Source of the DNA: Flavobacteriales bacterium
GTDB lineage: Bacteria > Bacteroidota > Bacteroidia > Flavobacteriales_F > PHOS-HE28
Length of the DNA: 64,000 nucleotides
Assembly (NCBI GenBank): GCA_041391845.1
Contig: JAWKNG010000008.1
Span: 11,962-75,961, forward strand
Reading direction: 5' to 3'
Shown: positions 20,135 to 30,236 of the stretch, piece after piece
Position numbering within the stretch: the first letter of the stretch is position 1
Layout of the letters: every line of letters begins with the position of its first letter
Made by a program: the position numbers and the translations under genes
Notes under the pieces: model-generated
The model's input: the letters and a program-made list of their open reading frames with translations, nothing else
The model's database searches: none
Told to the model about the DNA's origin: nothing

Positions 20135-21733
20135 TCAGGGTCGACCGGCCATCTTCGGGAAGGGAGGAACGTCCACGCGCAAGTCCCAGGAAGCGCGCAC
20201 TTGGATGGGCTTGTCATAGGTGTACACCCGCTCCGGCTGCTTTCCTTCCTGGAGCATCCCGGGATCCCACCGGCCGTTCGCGTTCAGGTCAGCGATGACA
20301 CGCAGGGAGAAGGAACCTGGAGGGATGCGCTCCCAAGCCACCTCTCTTGAGGCGCCGTCCACCCTGGCCTCTCGGATGACCTTCTCCGAGCCATCCAGCA
20401 GCTGTAGGATGCGCATTCCCTCCACGCTACTGTCCGCGGCCATGCGGATCCGCACGGTCCCCAGGTCCTTCGCACCACTGCGCTGCAATGCGATGCGCAC
20501 CGTGTCATTACTGCCGCCGAAAAGGTCACGCACACCTTTGGGGAGGACGGTGAGCACCGCCTGTGAAGCCTCTGGTAGAGCGATCCCCAGATGGATCAGG
20601 CGGGGGTCCGATGCATCGATATCGGCCCTTACGGAACGCTCCAGCGTGTCGATACGCAGAAAGAACCGTGTGCTGTCCGTGGATCGCACCGGACGCGAGG
20701 CGCGCAAGGTGATACCGGGGTGTTCCTCTGTTCCGACCAGGGCGAGGCTGGTGTAGAACGGCATGCGCAGAAGGGGGCGATAGGAAAGGGTATCAAGGAT
20801 GTTGCCATCGACCGTGATGCGGTAGCTGCCTGCCCGGAGCATGGTCGTATCCGACGGCCATAGTTCCACAGAGTCCCGGCGCGCATTCCAGAACATGTCC
20901 CAGCGAAGGGTGCCTCCACGGCGCGAAACGTCCTGAACGTTCAGTTCCCGCGCCTCCTGGGCCAGGACGATCGTCCATTGGCCGTCCGCTTTCACGCGCT
21001 GGTCGATGATGCGTTGCTCGGCAGCCTCTTCCTGGAACATGTACAGGTCGACCGCTCGTTGGGAGCTGTCCAGCATGGTGGCAGGGATCGCCTCATGATG
21101 GAATGCAAGGGCCTCCGAGGGCAGGTCGTAGCGGTAATTCGCGTTCAGGTCATGCAAGGCCCGCACCAGGTAATCGGCGGCCCGCAGATGCATGAGCGTG
21201 TAGCTGCCGTCCGCAGCGCTCCTTGTGGCATAGGCTGGCCGCCCTTGGGTGAACGCTGCGACGCTGTCGATCGGATAGGCCATCACCAGCATGTCCTTGC
21301 GGGGCAAGCCTGTGTAGGCATCACGTACCACGCCGGTGATGGACAGGCTGTCCAGTTCAGCGCCTGTGGAGAACACGAGCGCAAGACCCAGCGCCTGGTT
21401 GCCTTCGGTCAGGTCCTTGATGGCCTCTCCGATGCTGAAGGTGTAGGTACGGTCCTGCATCAGCGGCATAGCGAGATCGATGGCCACGCTGCGGGCGTTG
21501 AGCAGCCGGACATCGGGGGCCTTTTCCAGAGGCGGTGAGACCAGCAGACGGTCACGCACCCGGTCCAGCTGGATGCGTTCATCGAACTCCAGCACGATAC
21601 GCTGGCCAGTGAAGTTGGTCGCGTTCTGTGGCGGTACCGATCGGACCAGCACGGGGGCGGCTTCGTCCTTGGGTCCTCCGCTGAGCTCCGCCACCTGAGC
21701 GCAACCGGACACCAGCCCGGCAAGTATGATCAT
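20135..21733 (-). CDS. Ig-like-domain lipoprotein (hypothetical)
   Basis: Lipobox MIILAGLVSGC, then Big-like beta-rich sequence; upstream and co-directional with the adhesin. Confidence 0.55.
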   Translation of the reverse strand: MIILAGLVSGCAQVAELSGGPKDEAAPVLVRSVPPQNATNFTGQRIVLEFDERIQLDRVRDRLLVSPPLEKAPDVRLLNARSVAIDLAMPLMQDRTYTFSIGEAIKDLTEGNQALGLALVFSTGAELDSLSITGVVRDAYTGLPRKDMLVMAYPIDSVAAFTQGRPAYATRSAADGSYTLMHLRAADYLVRALHDLNANYRYDLPSEALAFHHEAIPATMLDSSQRAVDLYMFQEEAAEQRIIDQRVKADGQWTIVLAQEARELNVQDVSRRGGTLRWDMFWNARRDSVELWPSDTTMLRAGSYRITVDGNILDTLSYRPLLRMPFYTSLALVGTEEHPGITLRASRPVRSTDSTRFFLRIDTLERSVRADIDASDPRLIHLGIALPEASQAVLTVLPKGVRDLFGGSNDTVRIALQRSGAKDLGTVRIRMAADSSVEGMRILQLLDGSEKVIREARVDGASREVAWERIPPGSFSLRVIADLNANGRWDPGMLQEGKQPERVYTYDKPIQVRASWDLRVDVPPFPKMAGRP

Positions 21734-21756
21734 CCTGGCGCTGCCACGAACAACGC

Positions 21757-22242
21757 TCACAGCCATTGCACAAGAGGTGTCATCAGGCGCTCAAGGGCAT
21801 CGGCATCTGCCTCATCAAGATCGTTCAGCAGGGCACTGTCCACATCGAGGACCGCAGCGACCTTCCCGGTCCGGTCGCGCAGGGGGATCACCACCTCGGA
21901 GCGGGACAGGGCGCTGCAGGCGATATGGCCCGGAAAGCGGTCCACATCAGGCACCACCTGAGCGCGGCCAGTATCCCACGCCGTGCCGCACACGCCCCGG
22001 CCCCTGGCAATGCGCGTGCAGGCCACAGGCCCTTGGAACGGTCCCAGCACGAGTTCGTCGCCGATCACCCTGTAGAAGCCGACCCAGTGCCACCCGAACG
22101 TTCCGTGGATCGCGGCGGCGGCATTGGCCATGGCGGCCACGGCGTCAGGGCCTTCATGGATAAGGGCGTGCAGCTGTGGCTCGAGCGCGGTGTACCTGCT
22201 GGCACGGTCCGCAGTGGCAGGAATGACCAGCGAAGTGGACAT
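21757..22242 (-). CDS. GAF-domain protein, free methionine-(R)-sulfoxide reductase-like (fRMsr/YebR family)
   Basis: …GFYRVIGDELVLGPFQGPVACTRIARGRGVCGTA…GHIACSALSRSEVVIPL… matches the fRMsr GAF core, including the Cys residues. Confidence 0.7.
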   Translation of the reverse strand: MSTSLVIPATADRASRYTALEPQLHALIHEGPDAVAAMANAAAAIHGTFGWHWVGFYRVIGDELVLGPFQGPVACTRIARGRGVCGTAWDTGRAQVVPDVDRFPGHIACSALSRSEVVIPLRDRTGKVAAVLDVDSALLNDLDEADADALERLMTPLVQWL

Positions 22243-22259
22243 GTGACAAAGGTACCGGG

Positions 22260-22934
22260 TCAGGCGCAAGCGGCCGTGAACAAGCTGATGCGCAGTTCCG
22301 GTACCTGCTCAAGGGCCTTGATGCAACCTTCAACAGTGGCCCCCGTGGTCACCACATCGTCGATGATCAGCAGGTGCAGGCCACGGAGGGCCTGCGGATC
22401 AGGCAGGTGGAAGGCTTCCTTCACGTTCATCCATCGCTCCAATCGTCCGCGCTTGGTCTGTGATGGGGTCCGTACCACGCGCATGAGCTCCCGGCCCAGG
22501 ATCGGCTTGGGCCATCCATCGGCCATCCCTTCGGCCAGGATACGGCTTTGGTTGAATCCACGCTTGCGTTCCTTCCGGGGGTGGAGCGGTACGGGAAGGT
22601 AGGCGTCAATGTCTTGGAAACGGGGTTCATGGCGAAGCTCTTCAGCCATCAACCGACCAAGCAGGATGCCTACATCCCGGTCCTTCCGATACTTCAATTG
22701 GTGGAGCATCCCCTGGACCATGCCGCTTCGGGAGAATTGAAGGAAGGAACTTGCCGCCTGCAACTGCACCTTGCCCCAAAAGAGCTGCTCCACCTTGTTC
22801 CCGGGGTCGTGGTGGAACCGGGTGCGTGGCAGGTCGGCCAGACAATCGAGGCAGAGCACATCCTCAAAGGTCATCAAGGCCTTGTCGCAGGCTGGACAAA
22901 GTCTGGGCACAAGGAGGCCTACGAAGTCCTTCAT
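22260..22934 (-). CDS. comF: ComF-family phosphoribosyltransferase-domain protein
   Basis: N-terminal zinc finger (CPACDK…CLDC) plus the C-terminal PRTase motif LLIIDDVVTTGATV; start at the internal ATG MKDFVGLL. Confidence 0.75.
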   Translation of the reverse strand: MKDFVGLLVPRLCPACDKALMTFEDVLCLDCLADLPRTRFHHDPGNKVEQLFWGKVQLQAASSFLQFSRSGMVQGMLHQLKYRKDRDVGILLGRLMAEELRHEPRFQDIDAYLPVPLHPRKERKRGFNQSRILAEGMADGWPKPILGRELMRVVRTPSQTKRGRLERWMNVKEAFHLPDPQALRGLHLLIIDDVVTTGATVEGCIKALEQVPELRISLFTAACA

Positions 22935-23052
22935 CCAGCCTCGGTATGTGACGGGAGCAGGGTTCAATACTTTGTTGATAAGCGTGCGCGTTACAGGTCC
23001 AAGGTCCTTGCAAGGCGAACCTAATTTAGCGCACCCATCCGAAGAAGCGAAC

Positions 23053-23970
23053 ATGGAGCAGCAAAGCCCCGCACCGGGAACCGAAACCAAGAACCGATCG
23101 AACACGGGCCTCCTCCTGCTGGTGGTGCTGCTCCTGATCAGCAACGTGGTCATGTTATGGCTACTGATGCAGCGGGGCAGGGAGGTGGAATCCACGCAAC
23201 AGCAGGTGGAGACCATTACCAGTGAGAAGGACAATGTGACCCATCTGCTGGAGAACATGCTCGCCAGCTACGATACCCTGAGAACAGAGAATGAACAGCT
23301 GACCACCGAAATGGAGGCTCAGAAGGCGCAGATCGAAGAGTTGCTTGATCGTGTGAAGCGGGGCAACTATGATCTCTCCAAGGCCAAGAAGGAGGCAGAG
23401 ACGCTGCGGAAGATCATGAAAGGATATGTCGTCACGATCGACTCCCTGAACCAGGCGAACCAACTGCTGACGGCCGAGAACCTCACGATCAAACAGGAGC
23501 TGGGCGAGGAAAAAGCGCAGAAGGAGGCACTTTCCACCCAAAAGCAGGACCTGGAGGGCAAGATCGCCAAAGGCAGTGTGCTGCATACGACGAGTATCAA
23601 CGCAGGGGCCCTGTTCATGCGCAACAACGGCAAGCAGGTGGATACCGATCGTGCCAGCAAGGCCGAGATGGTGAAGTGCTGCTTCACCCTGGGTGAGAAC
23701 CGGATCACATCCGCCGGTGACAAGGTCCTGTTCATGCGCGTCATCAGTCCTGATGGGACGGTACTTCCCGCCACCGATGCGAACAATAGGTTCAAGTTCA
23801 ATGGGGTGGAAGGGGAGTTCAGCGCCCGCCGGGAAGTGAACTATCAGAACGAGCCGGTGGACGTCTGCATTTTCTGGACCGGCACCAGTGCGATGCGCAC
23901 AGGCCAGTACCTGGTGGAGATCTACGAATCCGGGTCCCTGGTATCGAAGGCGAACTTCGATCTGAAGTGA
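23053..23970 (+). CDS. membrane-anchored coiled-coil protein (hypothetical)
   Basis: One N-terminal TM helix (GLLLLVVLLLISNVVMLWLL), about 150 aa of heptad-rich coiled coil, then a C-terminal beta-rich domain. Confidence 0.55.
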   Translation: MEQQSPAPGTETKNRSNTGLLLLVVLLLISNVVMLWLLMQRGREVESTQQQVETITSEKDNVTHLLENMLASYDTLRTENEQLTTEMEAQKAQIEELLDRVKRGNYDLSKAKKEAETLRKIMKGYVVTIDSLNQANQLLTAENLTIKQELGEEKAQKEALSTQKQDLEGKIAKGSVLHTTSINAGALFMRNNGKQVDTDRASKAEMVKCCFTLGENRITSAGDKVLFMRVISPDGTVLPATDANNRFKFNGVEGEFSARREVNYQNEPVDVCIFWTGTSAMRTGQYLVEIYESGSLVSKANFDLK

Positions 23971-23990
23971 CCGGCCGATGTCCGCAATGC

Positions 23991-24024
23991 AGGCCCCCGG
24001 CAACCCCGGGGGCCTGTTCGTTCA
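23991..24024. terminator. bidirectional terminator hairpin between convergent genes
   Basis: AGGCCCCCGG-caac-CCCGGGGGCCT followed by a T-rich tract. Confidence 0.6.
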
Positions 24025-24044
24025 GGGGAGCGGCACGCGCTGGC

Positions 24045-27000
24045 TCAGAAGAATGCCCTGACCTGGGCGCCCCCGACATGCACCACGGGGAGCCCTTCGC
24101 TGCGCCTTCCGTTGTAGGTGATGTCCACCTGGAGGTTGTTGCTCAGGTTGCGCTGTAGCGCCATGCTCCACGTGTAGTTCGTGCCTGGCCGCAGGCCGTT
24201 CAGGAGTTCGTTGCCCAGCGGTGTGTTCTCCTCGCCCTCGAACCGGATGTCGACCAGGTTGATGGTGGCCAGCAGGCTTCCTTTCCCCACCGTGTTGTAG
24301 CGCAATTCGATCCCAAGGTCCTGGGCTTCCGTGGAGCCGGTCCCGAATTCAGGCCGGTTCTGCTTCTCCACGTACCTGAAGGTGCCGATCGCCCGGAAGG
24401 ATGTATTCGGCTGCCAGGTGAGCTTGGGCTTCATGCCGCGTTGATCGATGGCGAAGGAACGACCGCTCAACAGGTCCGAACTGTTGGTCACGCGTCCCTG
24501 TTCCAGCTCCACTTCAATAGTCCAGTGGCGGGTCGTGTTCCATCGTCCATGGAGGGTGTTGAACTCCCGCGATCGCGATTCGAAGCCGTTGAGCAGCAGG
24601 GAGCGGCTCTGGTCGCGCTGCCAGGCATGGTCAACGCTCCATGACCGACTGGTGCGGTCGAAATAGAGGTTGTTGCGCGCGGAGGAGGTGTAGGCGGTCA
24701 AGTTGCTGTCGAGAAGGTCTACAGCCACCGGCACCATGGCGCGTGCCAGTTCATCGGTGGTGCTCCGCAGGTCGGAGCGGTAGGAGGCAAGATCGGAGAA
24801 GCGTGCCAGAAAGCCTCGAACGCCCTCCTTGTCCAACCATCGTGCGGCGGGTCGCAGGTCAACCGAAGCACTGAGCTGGTTGCTGAACGCGCGCACGTAG
24901 TTGTTGCTCGGCACAAAGACACGGAGGTAGTTCGCCTCATAGCCGAAGTTGGCGAGCTCGAACTCGTTGAGGTCCTTCACCCCATCGCCGTTGTAGTCGA
25001 TCCAGATGTATAGCCCCTGGCCGGCCGGCACTTCCACATAGATGTACTCCCGTCTAAGCTCAAGCCCCGACCCGAATTCGTAGAACAGGTCGATCACGGC
25101 AAAGCCTTTGCCAATGTTCGCATCGTAGTCCAGCCGCGCCAGATAGGTGTTCTCCGGTCGTTGGCTCGTAAGGGTGCTGTCGATGATGTCCAGGCGCCGG
25201 TAGGTGAAACGCGTTGCAAGCTTGTTACGGGGATCCCTTCCGATCCCCAGATCGATGCTGTAGGAGGTGGCTTCCGAAGCAGTGGCCAGAAGGCCGTTGC
25301 GCAACGCCCGGTCCAAGCGCTGTCCGCCTGCCACCCGCCAGCGCGTTACCTGCGTATCAGGGCTCTGCACGAAGGCTTCCCATTCGTGGAACTGGTAGCT
25401 GCCGGGCAGCAATGCGTCGGTACTGTCAGGCCGGAAGCGGTTCCGTTCGTGTTCGTCCTGGTAGCCCAATGAAAAATGCTTGAAGCGTTGGCGGATAAGC
25501 CCCTTGTGCCGCAGGAAGTCGCTGTTCGATGCACCTGTCGTGATCAACCTGCTGGCCTGCCCCACCACGTCCGTTCGGCGCCAGTGGATATCGCTGAACA
25601 GTTGCTGCATCAGACCACTCTGTGTTTCCCCGGCGCGAAAGCTTCCCAGACCGGCCCTCAGGTGGCCCAGCTTGGCGCCGCGGATGCCCACCAGGCCGTT
25701 CGCCAGGATCTGTTCACCGACCAATGGTCGACCCTGTACGTTCCAGTTGCGCTCGAATTCGACCGAGCGGTAGCGTTCCACGGCACGGAAATCGCGTGTT
25801 ACGGCCTCGAGGTCACCTGCCAGCGTAAACTGCAGGGTGGTGTCCTTGGCACTGATGGGAATGGCGTGTTCCACCGCCGCCATCAGACCTGCACCTTGGT
25901 CGTCTCCCTGGTCGGCACTGCTGAAGGTGTTGCGGTCCAGGTTGGTATAGCTGAGTTCGCTGCGGATGCGCGTGCGTTGGCCGGCTTTGTGCTCGAAGCC
26001 GAGGGTCATCATCTGCTGACTGCGGGGCGCAATGAGCACGCGCAAGGGGGCGTGGTCACCCCGTTGCACCAGAAGACCGTTCACGGTATCGGGGGCCACC
26101 CATCTGAACACACGCCCATTGGGGGTGAAATCCTGTTGCACATAGTCGCCGTTGCCAGCACCCACGGGCGAGAAGGTGATGCGGAGGAAGGCACTATCAG
26201 GTGAGGTGGAGTAGACATATACCGGTGAGTAGCCCAGGGAATCAACGGGTCGGTAGAGCACTTGGTCGGCAAGAAAGCCTGTGCTGTCCACGCCGCTTAC
26301 GGTGGCCGCGAGCGGGTCATCGCCCGCCAGACGCAGCACTTCGCGTTCGTCCTCGCTCAATTGCTGCTGCAGTGGCTGGTTTCGGTGGTCCTGTTCGCTG
26401 AACAGGTTGAAGTGCAGGGTGCTTTTGCCGAAGGTCTGGCTGCTGTTGGCACGCATGAGCGACCGGGCATAGTTCTTGTCCGAGTATTGGAACTCGACCG
26501 TGATCCGGCGGTCCTTGGTGATCAGGCGCTTGGCTGTGAAGGTTATCTCCGCGGTATTGTAATCGATGATGTAATCGTTCTCCTGACCACGATCCATCAG
26601 TTGCCCATCGATGTATACCCGTTCGGTGCCCGAGAGCACGATGATGAAAAGTTCGCCTGCTTCGCCCCGCAGGCGATAGGGTCCTTGCACACCTTCCTGG
26701 CCTTGGACGACGTTGCGTGCGAACTTGCCCTTGCTGATGGCCACGCTCACGCCGGAGCGCCCGGTGCTGTTCGTGCTCAGGTCGGTCCGGGCGTCAAAGC
26801 TCAGACCCTTGTTCTTCTTCATATAGGTCATGAAGTGACTGCTGGGCCGCTGGAGCACGAAATCGCCCGCGATGAGCTCCCAGGCATTGCCCCGCCCCGT
26901 TCCTCCCTCCTCGAAGAGCTTGATGAAGACCTGGTCGAAGTCCTGAAGCTCCGCAGTATTGCCACCGGCCTGGATGGGTATGTTGTTATCCGTGACCGAA

Positions 27001-27506
27001 GCGACCACACTGATGCGGTCACTGAGCTGACCGCTCAGTTCCAGGTTCAGCGAAGAGTTCACTGAAAGGTCCTGGTTGTTGCCGAACAGCACCCCGCGGG
27101 AGATGCTTCCTGAACGTTGGAGCCCCCGCATCCCGAGCAGGTCTTCGGTGCCGCGTGGCGGCTCGTATTTGAAGGGGTCGATCCGGTCGTTGCCAATGGA
27201 AATGAGGGCTGCAGGGTCCTTATGCCTCGCTGGCCGCCAAAGGTCCAGTGCGAGCACGCGGTAAGTCACCAGCACCGGATCGGGGCCGTGCGGGATGTAA
27301 AGGCGTGCCCGGAAAGGGTCCAGTGCGAACGAATCGGCAGGAAGCGCGCGCCCGTCGACAAGGATGCTGAGGGAGCCCGGTGCGATGCTCATGGTGTCGA
27401 TCACCAACGTGTCCGGTCCCGGCCTGATCCATCTTTCACGAAGATTGGAAAGCGGCTGCCCCAGGGCTGTCAACGCCCACCACCAGGCCAGCAGGGCCAG
27501 CAGCAT
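24045..27506 (-). CDS. large outer-membrane beta-barrel protein (hypothetical; SprA-like or LptD-sized)
   Basis: 1153 aa with signal peptide MLLALLAWWWALTALGQP. Alternating amphipathic beta-strand pattern throughout. C-terminal aromatic residue (…VRAFF) typical of OMPs. Confidence 0.65.
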   Translation of the reverse strand: MLLALLAWWWALTALGQPLSNLRERWIRPGPDTLVIDTMSIAPGSLSILVDGRALPADSFALDPFRARLYIPHGPDPVLVTYRVLALDLWRPARHKDPAALISIGNDRIDPFKYEPPRGTEDLLGMRGLQRSGSISRGVLFGNNQDLSVNSSLNLELSGQLSDRISVVASVTDNNIPIQAGGNTAELQDFDQVFIKLFEEGGTGRGNAWELIAGDFVLQRPSSHFMTYMKKNKGLSFDARTDLSTNSTGRSGVSVAISKGKFARNVVQGQEGVQGPYRLRGEAGELFIIVLSGTERVYIDGQLMDRGQENDYIIDYNTAEITFTAKRLITKDRRITVEFQYSDKNYARSLMRANSSQTFGKSTLHFNLFSEQDHRNQPLQQQLSEDEREVLRLAGDDPLAATVSGVDSTGFLADQVLYRPVDSLGYSPVYVYSTSPDSAFLRITFSPVGAGNGDYVQQDFTPNGRVFRWVAPDTVNGLLVQRGDHAPLRVLIAPRSQQMMTLGFEHKAGQRTRIRSELSYTNLDRNTFSSADQGDDQGAGLMAAVEHAIPISAKDTTLQFTLAGDLEAVTRDFRAVERYRSVEFERNWNVQGRPLVGEQILANGLVGIRGAKLGHLRAGLGSFRAGETQSGLMQQLFSDIHWRRTDVVGQASRLITTGASNSDFLRHKGLIRQRFKHFSLGYQDEHERNRFRPDSTDALLPGSYQFHEWEAFVQSPDTQVTRWRVAGGQRLDRALRNGLLATASEATSYSIDLGIGRDPRNKLATRFTYRRLDIIDSTLTSQRPENTYLARLDYDANIGKGFAVIDLFYEFGSGLELRREYIYVEVPAGQGLYIWIDYNGDGVKDLNEFELANFGYEANYLRVFVPSNNYVRAFSNQLSASVDLRPAARWLDKEGVRGFLARFSDLASYRSDLRSTTDELARAMVPVAVDLLDSNLTAYTSSARNNLYFDRTSRSWSVDHAWQRDQSRSLLLNGFESRSREFNTLHGRWNTTRHWTIEVELEQGRVTNSSDLLSGRSFAIDQRGMKPKLTWQPNTSFRAIGTFRYVEKQNRPEFGTGSTEAQDLGIELRYNTVGKGSLLATINLVDIRFEGEENTPLGNELLNGLRPGTNYTWSMALQRNLSNNLQVDITYNGRRSEGLPVVHVGGAQVRAFF

Positions 27507-27704
27507 TTGTCCGCCAGTAGGCGGACCCGTTGACCGGCAGGGGAAGGACACAGCTGACATACGGAGCGGCGGCGCAAAAATTATCCGAAGGGCAGGGCCG
27601 CCCCGGGGTTCTTCACCAGTGGACTGTTGATGGTGACCAAGTTACCGGTGGATGGCCCTCGGACCGGCCCGGTATTTTTACCCTCCGTGATGTTACCGCC
27701 TATC

Positions 27705-29405
27705 ATGCGTCTTCCATTGTTGCTGCTGGGGCTCCTTCCATGGATGGCATGCGCGCCACCTGATGAGCCATATCGAGCGGCAGAGGCGAAGGGCGGCAGG
27801 GTTTACGGAGGGGTCTTCAGCTTCAATGAGCCTTCGTCCATCCGGGGTCTGTACCCATTGGGGATCACCCAGCTTTCCGCATATCGCATCGCATCACAGG
27901 TATATGAAGGGCTTGTACGCATTGAGGGAGAGGACCTGAGCGTCCGTCCGGCGCTTGCTTCATCATGGGAGGTGGACTCCACCGGAACGGTGTACACGTT
28001 CACCTTGCGCACAGGTGTCCGCTTCCATGATAATGCCTGCTTCCCGGAAGGCCGTGCAAGGGAGATGAGCGGTGGGGATGTGCTGTATTGCTTCACGGCT
28101 CTTTGCACGCCAGGTCCCCAGAACCAGTTGTCCTGGCTCTTCCAGGATCTGGTGCTTGGTGCGGGGGCGCGGATCAACGCCGTACTGGCGGGAAAGGAGC
28201 CCCCCCCCGTGAAGGGCTTGGAGTTGCTTGATGATGGGCGCTTCCGCATCACGCTGCGGGCCCCGTCGGCCACGTTCTTGCAGGTGCTCGCCCATCAGGG
28301 TTGCTGGATCTATCCCCCTGAAATGGTGGAGCATCATGGCGCCGAGGCCGCGTGGAACCCGGTGGGTACCGGTCCGTTCCGGATGCGGTCCGTCAAGCAA
28401 GGCACCGCGTTGGTGCTCGAGCGCAACAGCGGCTACTGGGACAGCGACGAACATGGCAATCAGCTCCCGTTCCTCGATGGCGTTCGTGTGACCTTCGAGC
28501 AGGATCGCGCGAAGGAGTGGGATGCGTTCAAGAGGGGGCGTTTGTCATATTTCGCCGAACCCGACAGTACGGCCCTGGCTGCGTTGACCTTGGCGGGAGT
28601 GCAGCAGCCGGTTGTGCAGAGCGCCGCGGGTATGTCGGTCCAGTTCTATGGTTTCTCACGCACCAAGGCGCCGTTCGACGACGTGCGTGTGCGAAGGGCC
28701 TTCTCACTGGCCATCGATCGGAGGGCGCTGGTGGACTCGCTCCTTGGTGATCTGGCATTGGCTGCAGAGCGTGGCGTGGTCCCTCCCGGGTTCATGGATT
28801 ACCCTTACGACTCGGTGCCTTTGCTCGGATACGATCCAGTGCTGGCCGAACGGACCCTCCAGGATGCGGGCTACGCATCGGGGCGCGATGTGCCAGCGGT
28901 ATACCTCCAGGTGAACAGCAATGGTCCCGCCTACGTGCGCGTTGCGGGAGCGGTGCAGACCATGTTGGAACGCAATCTCGGTGTACAGGTGGTCATCAGT
29001 GTGCTCCCTGCAGAACAACACTTTGGCCGGGTGGAACGTGGGCAGGTCCAGTTCTGGCGTGAGGGTTGGGTGGCGGATCATCCGGACCCTGAGAATTTCC
29101 TGGCCCTGTTCTATGGACGCAACGTCCCCAGTGATACGGCGGAGCCATCATTCCTGAACAGTACACGCTACAGGAATGAGCTGTTCGATGAACATTTCCA
29201 CACCGCCCAATCCACGATCGATGAGCATGAGCGGATGCGTTTGCTGGCACGCTGCGAGCGCATCCTGATGGAAGACATGGTGGTGCTTCCCATCTACCAC
29301 GAGCGGATGATGCGGGTGGTCCAGCCCTGGGTGCGCGACCTGCCCATCAATGGGATGGACTTCCTTCAACTGCGTTCGGCCTGGTTCGACCGTCGGGACC
29401 CGTAA
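27705..29405 (+). CDS. ABC transporter substrate-binding protein, family 5 (peptide/nickel type)
   Basis: Lipoprotein signal MRLPLLLLGLLPWMAC, then a DppA/OppA-like SBP_bac_5 fold (…LVRIEGEDLSVRPALASSWEV…). Confidence 0.75.
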   Translation: MRLPLLLLGLLPWMACAPPDEPYRAAEAKGGRVYGGVFSFNEPSSIRGLYPLGITQLSAYRIASQVYEGLVRIEGEDLSVRPALASSWEVDSTGTVYTFTLRTGVRFHDNACFPEGRAREMSGGDVLYCFTALCTPGPQNQLSWLFQDLVLGAGARINAVLAGKEPPPVKGLELLDDGRFRITLRAPSATFLQVLAHQGCWIYPPEMVEHHGAEAAWNPVGTGPFRMRSVKQGTALVLERNSGYWDSDEHGNQLPFLDGVRVTFEQDRAKEWDAFKRGRLSYFAEPDSTALAALTLAGVQQPVVQSAAGMSVQFYGFSRTKAPFDDVRVRRAFSLAIDRRALVDSLLGDLALAAERGVVPPGFMDYPYDSVPLLGYDPVLAERTLQDAGYASGRDVPAVYLQVNSNGPAYVRVAGAVQTMLERNLGVQVVISVLPAEQHFGRVERGQVQFWREGWVADHPDPENFLALFYGRNVPSDTAEPSFLNSTRYRNELFDEHFHTAQSTIDEHERMRLLARCERILMEDMVVLPIYHERMMRVVQPWVRDLPINGMDFLQLRSAWFDRRDP

Positions 29406-30219
29406 TGAGCGCGATGCGTTCGAAGAGGAGATGGCGTGCCAGGGGCAGCAGTGTCTCCATCCGGGGCAGTGTGCGCTCACTCTCCAACGCATAGGTCGCA
29501 ACCCAGTACGTTGCCGGCCATTCACCCTCCAGTCGCTTGCGCAGCTGCTCCAGGCGGCTCAAGGAGCCCCACGTGAAGCTGGCGATGTACCTGGTCCGTA
29601 CCTGCATGGCGGGGTCGAATTGCGCCGTGCTGACGACCCAGGGGATCGAATAGCTGTATGCCCTCGCCTCCGTACCCTCCCGGAGCAGCAGCCATCCTTC
29701 ATACTGGTGCATTGGTTGCAGGCCGATGGGTGTTATCCGAAGTTCGGTAAGGAGCGACCGCCGCAGGTCCTCTCCAACGCTGGTGTATTGCTGCAGATCG
29801 GGCAGGGCTCGTTCGAGCAGTTCATCCACCACATCCAGAAAAGCAGGTTCATCGGCATGGGAGTACAGCAAATGGCCCCGTCGCAGGTCCATACCGAGCA
29901 GATCACCCTGCCTCAATCGCTGTGAGCGCTCCCTGCTGCGTTGGAGGGCTACCAGGTCTTCCAGCTGCGAGCGAAGTTCCACCAGGTACGGATAGATCTT
30001 CTGCGCCTCGAAACCCCGTTGCACACGCTGCAGGAAGGCCAGCAACTGATAGCGCTTCAGCTCCAGGTCGAACGCTGGTGTCGTCAACCAATCTTTATAG
30101 AGCATGGCAAATGGAGGGTCCGCCGATCCATCGTTCTCCACCACATTAACGATCTGTTCAAAAATAGTGTTGCATTGGGGTCGGTGAGTGGCGGCCCGCC
30201 CCGAACTTTGAACGTCCAT
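29347..30219 (-). CDS. hypothetical protein
   Basis: 290-aa ORF with coding-like composition and no recognisable domain; its 3' end overlaps the convergent SBP gene by 59 bp. Confidence 0.45.
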   Translation of the reverse strand: MDVQSSGRAATHRPQCNTIFEQIVNVVENDGSADPPFAMLYKDWLTTPAFDLELKRYQLLAFLQRVQRGFEAQKIYPYLVELRSQLEDLVALQRSRERSQRLRQGDLLGMDLRRGHLLYSHADEPAFLDVVDELLERALPDLQQYTSVGEDLRRSLLTELRITPIGLQPMHQYEGWLLLREGTEARAYSYSIPWVVSTAQFDPAMQVRTRYIASFTWGSLSRLEQLRKRLEGEWPATYWVATYALESERTLPRMETLLPLARHLLFERIALITGPDGRTRPNAVEGSPSH

Positions 30220-30236
30220 TGAACCCCGTCAGTGCC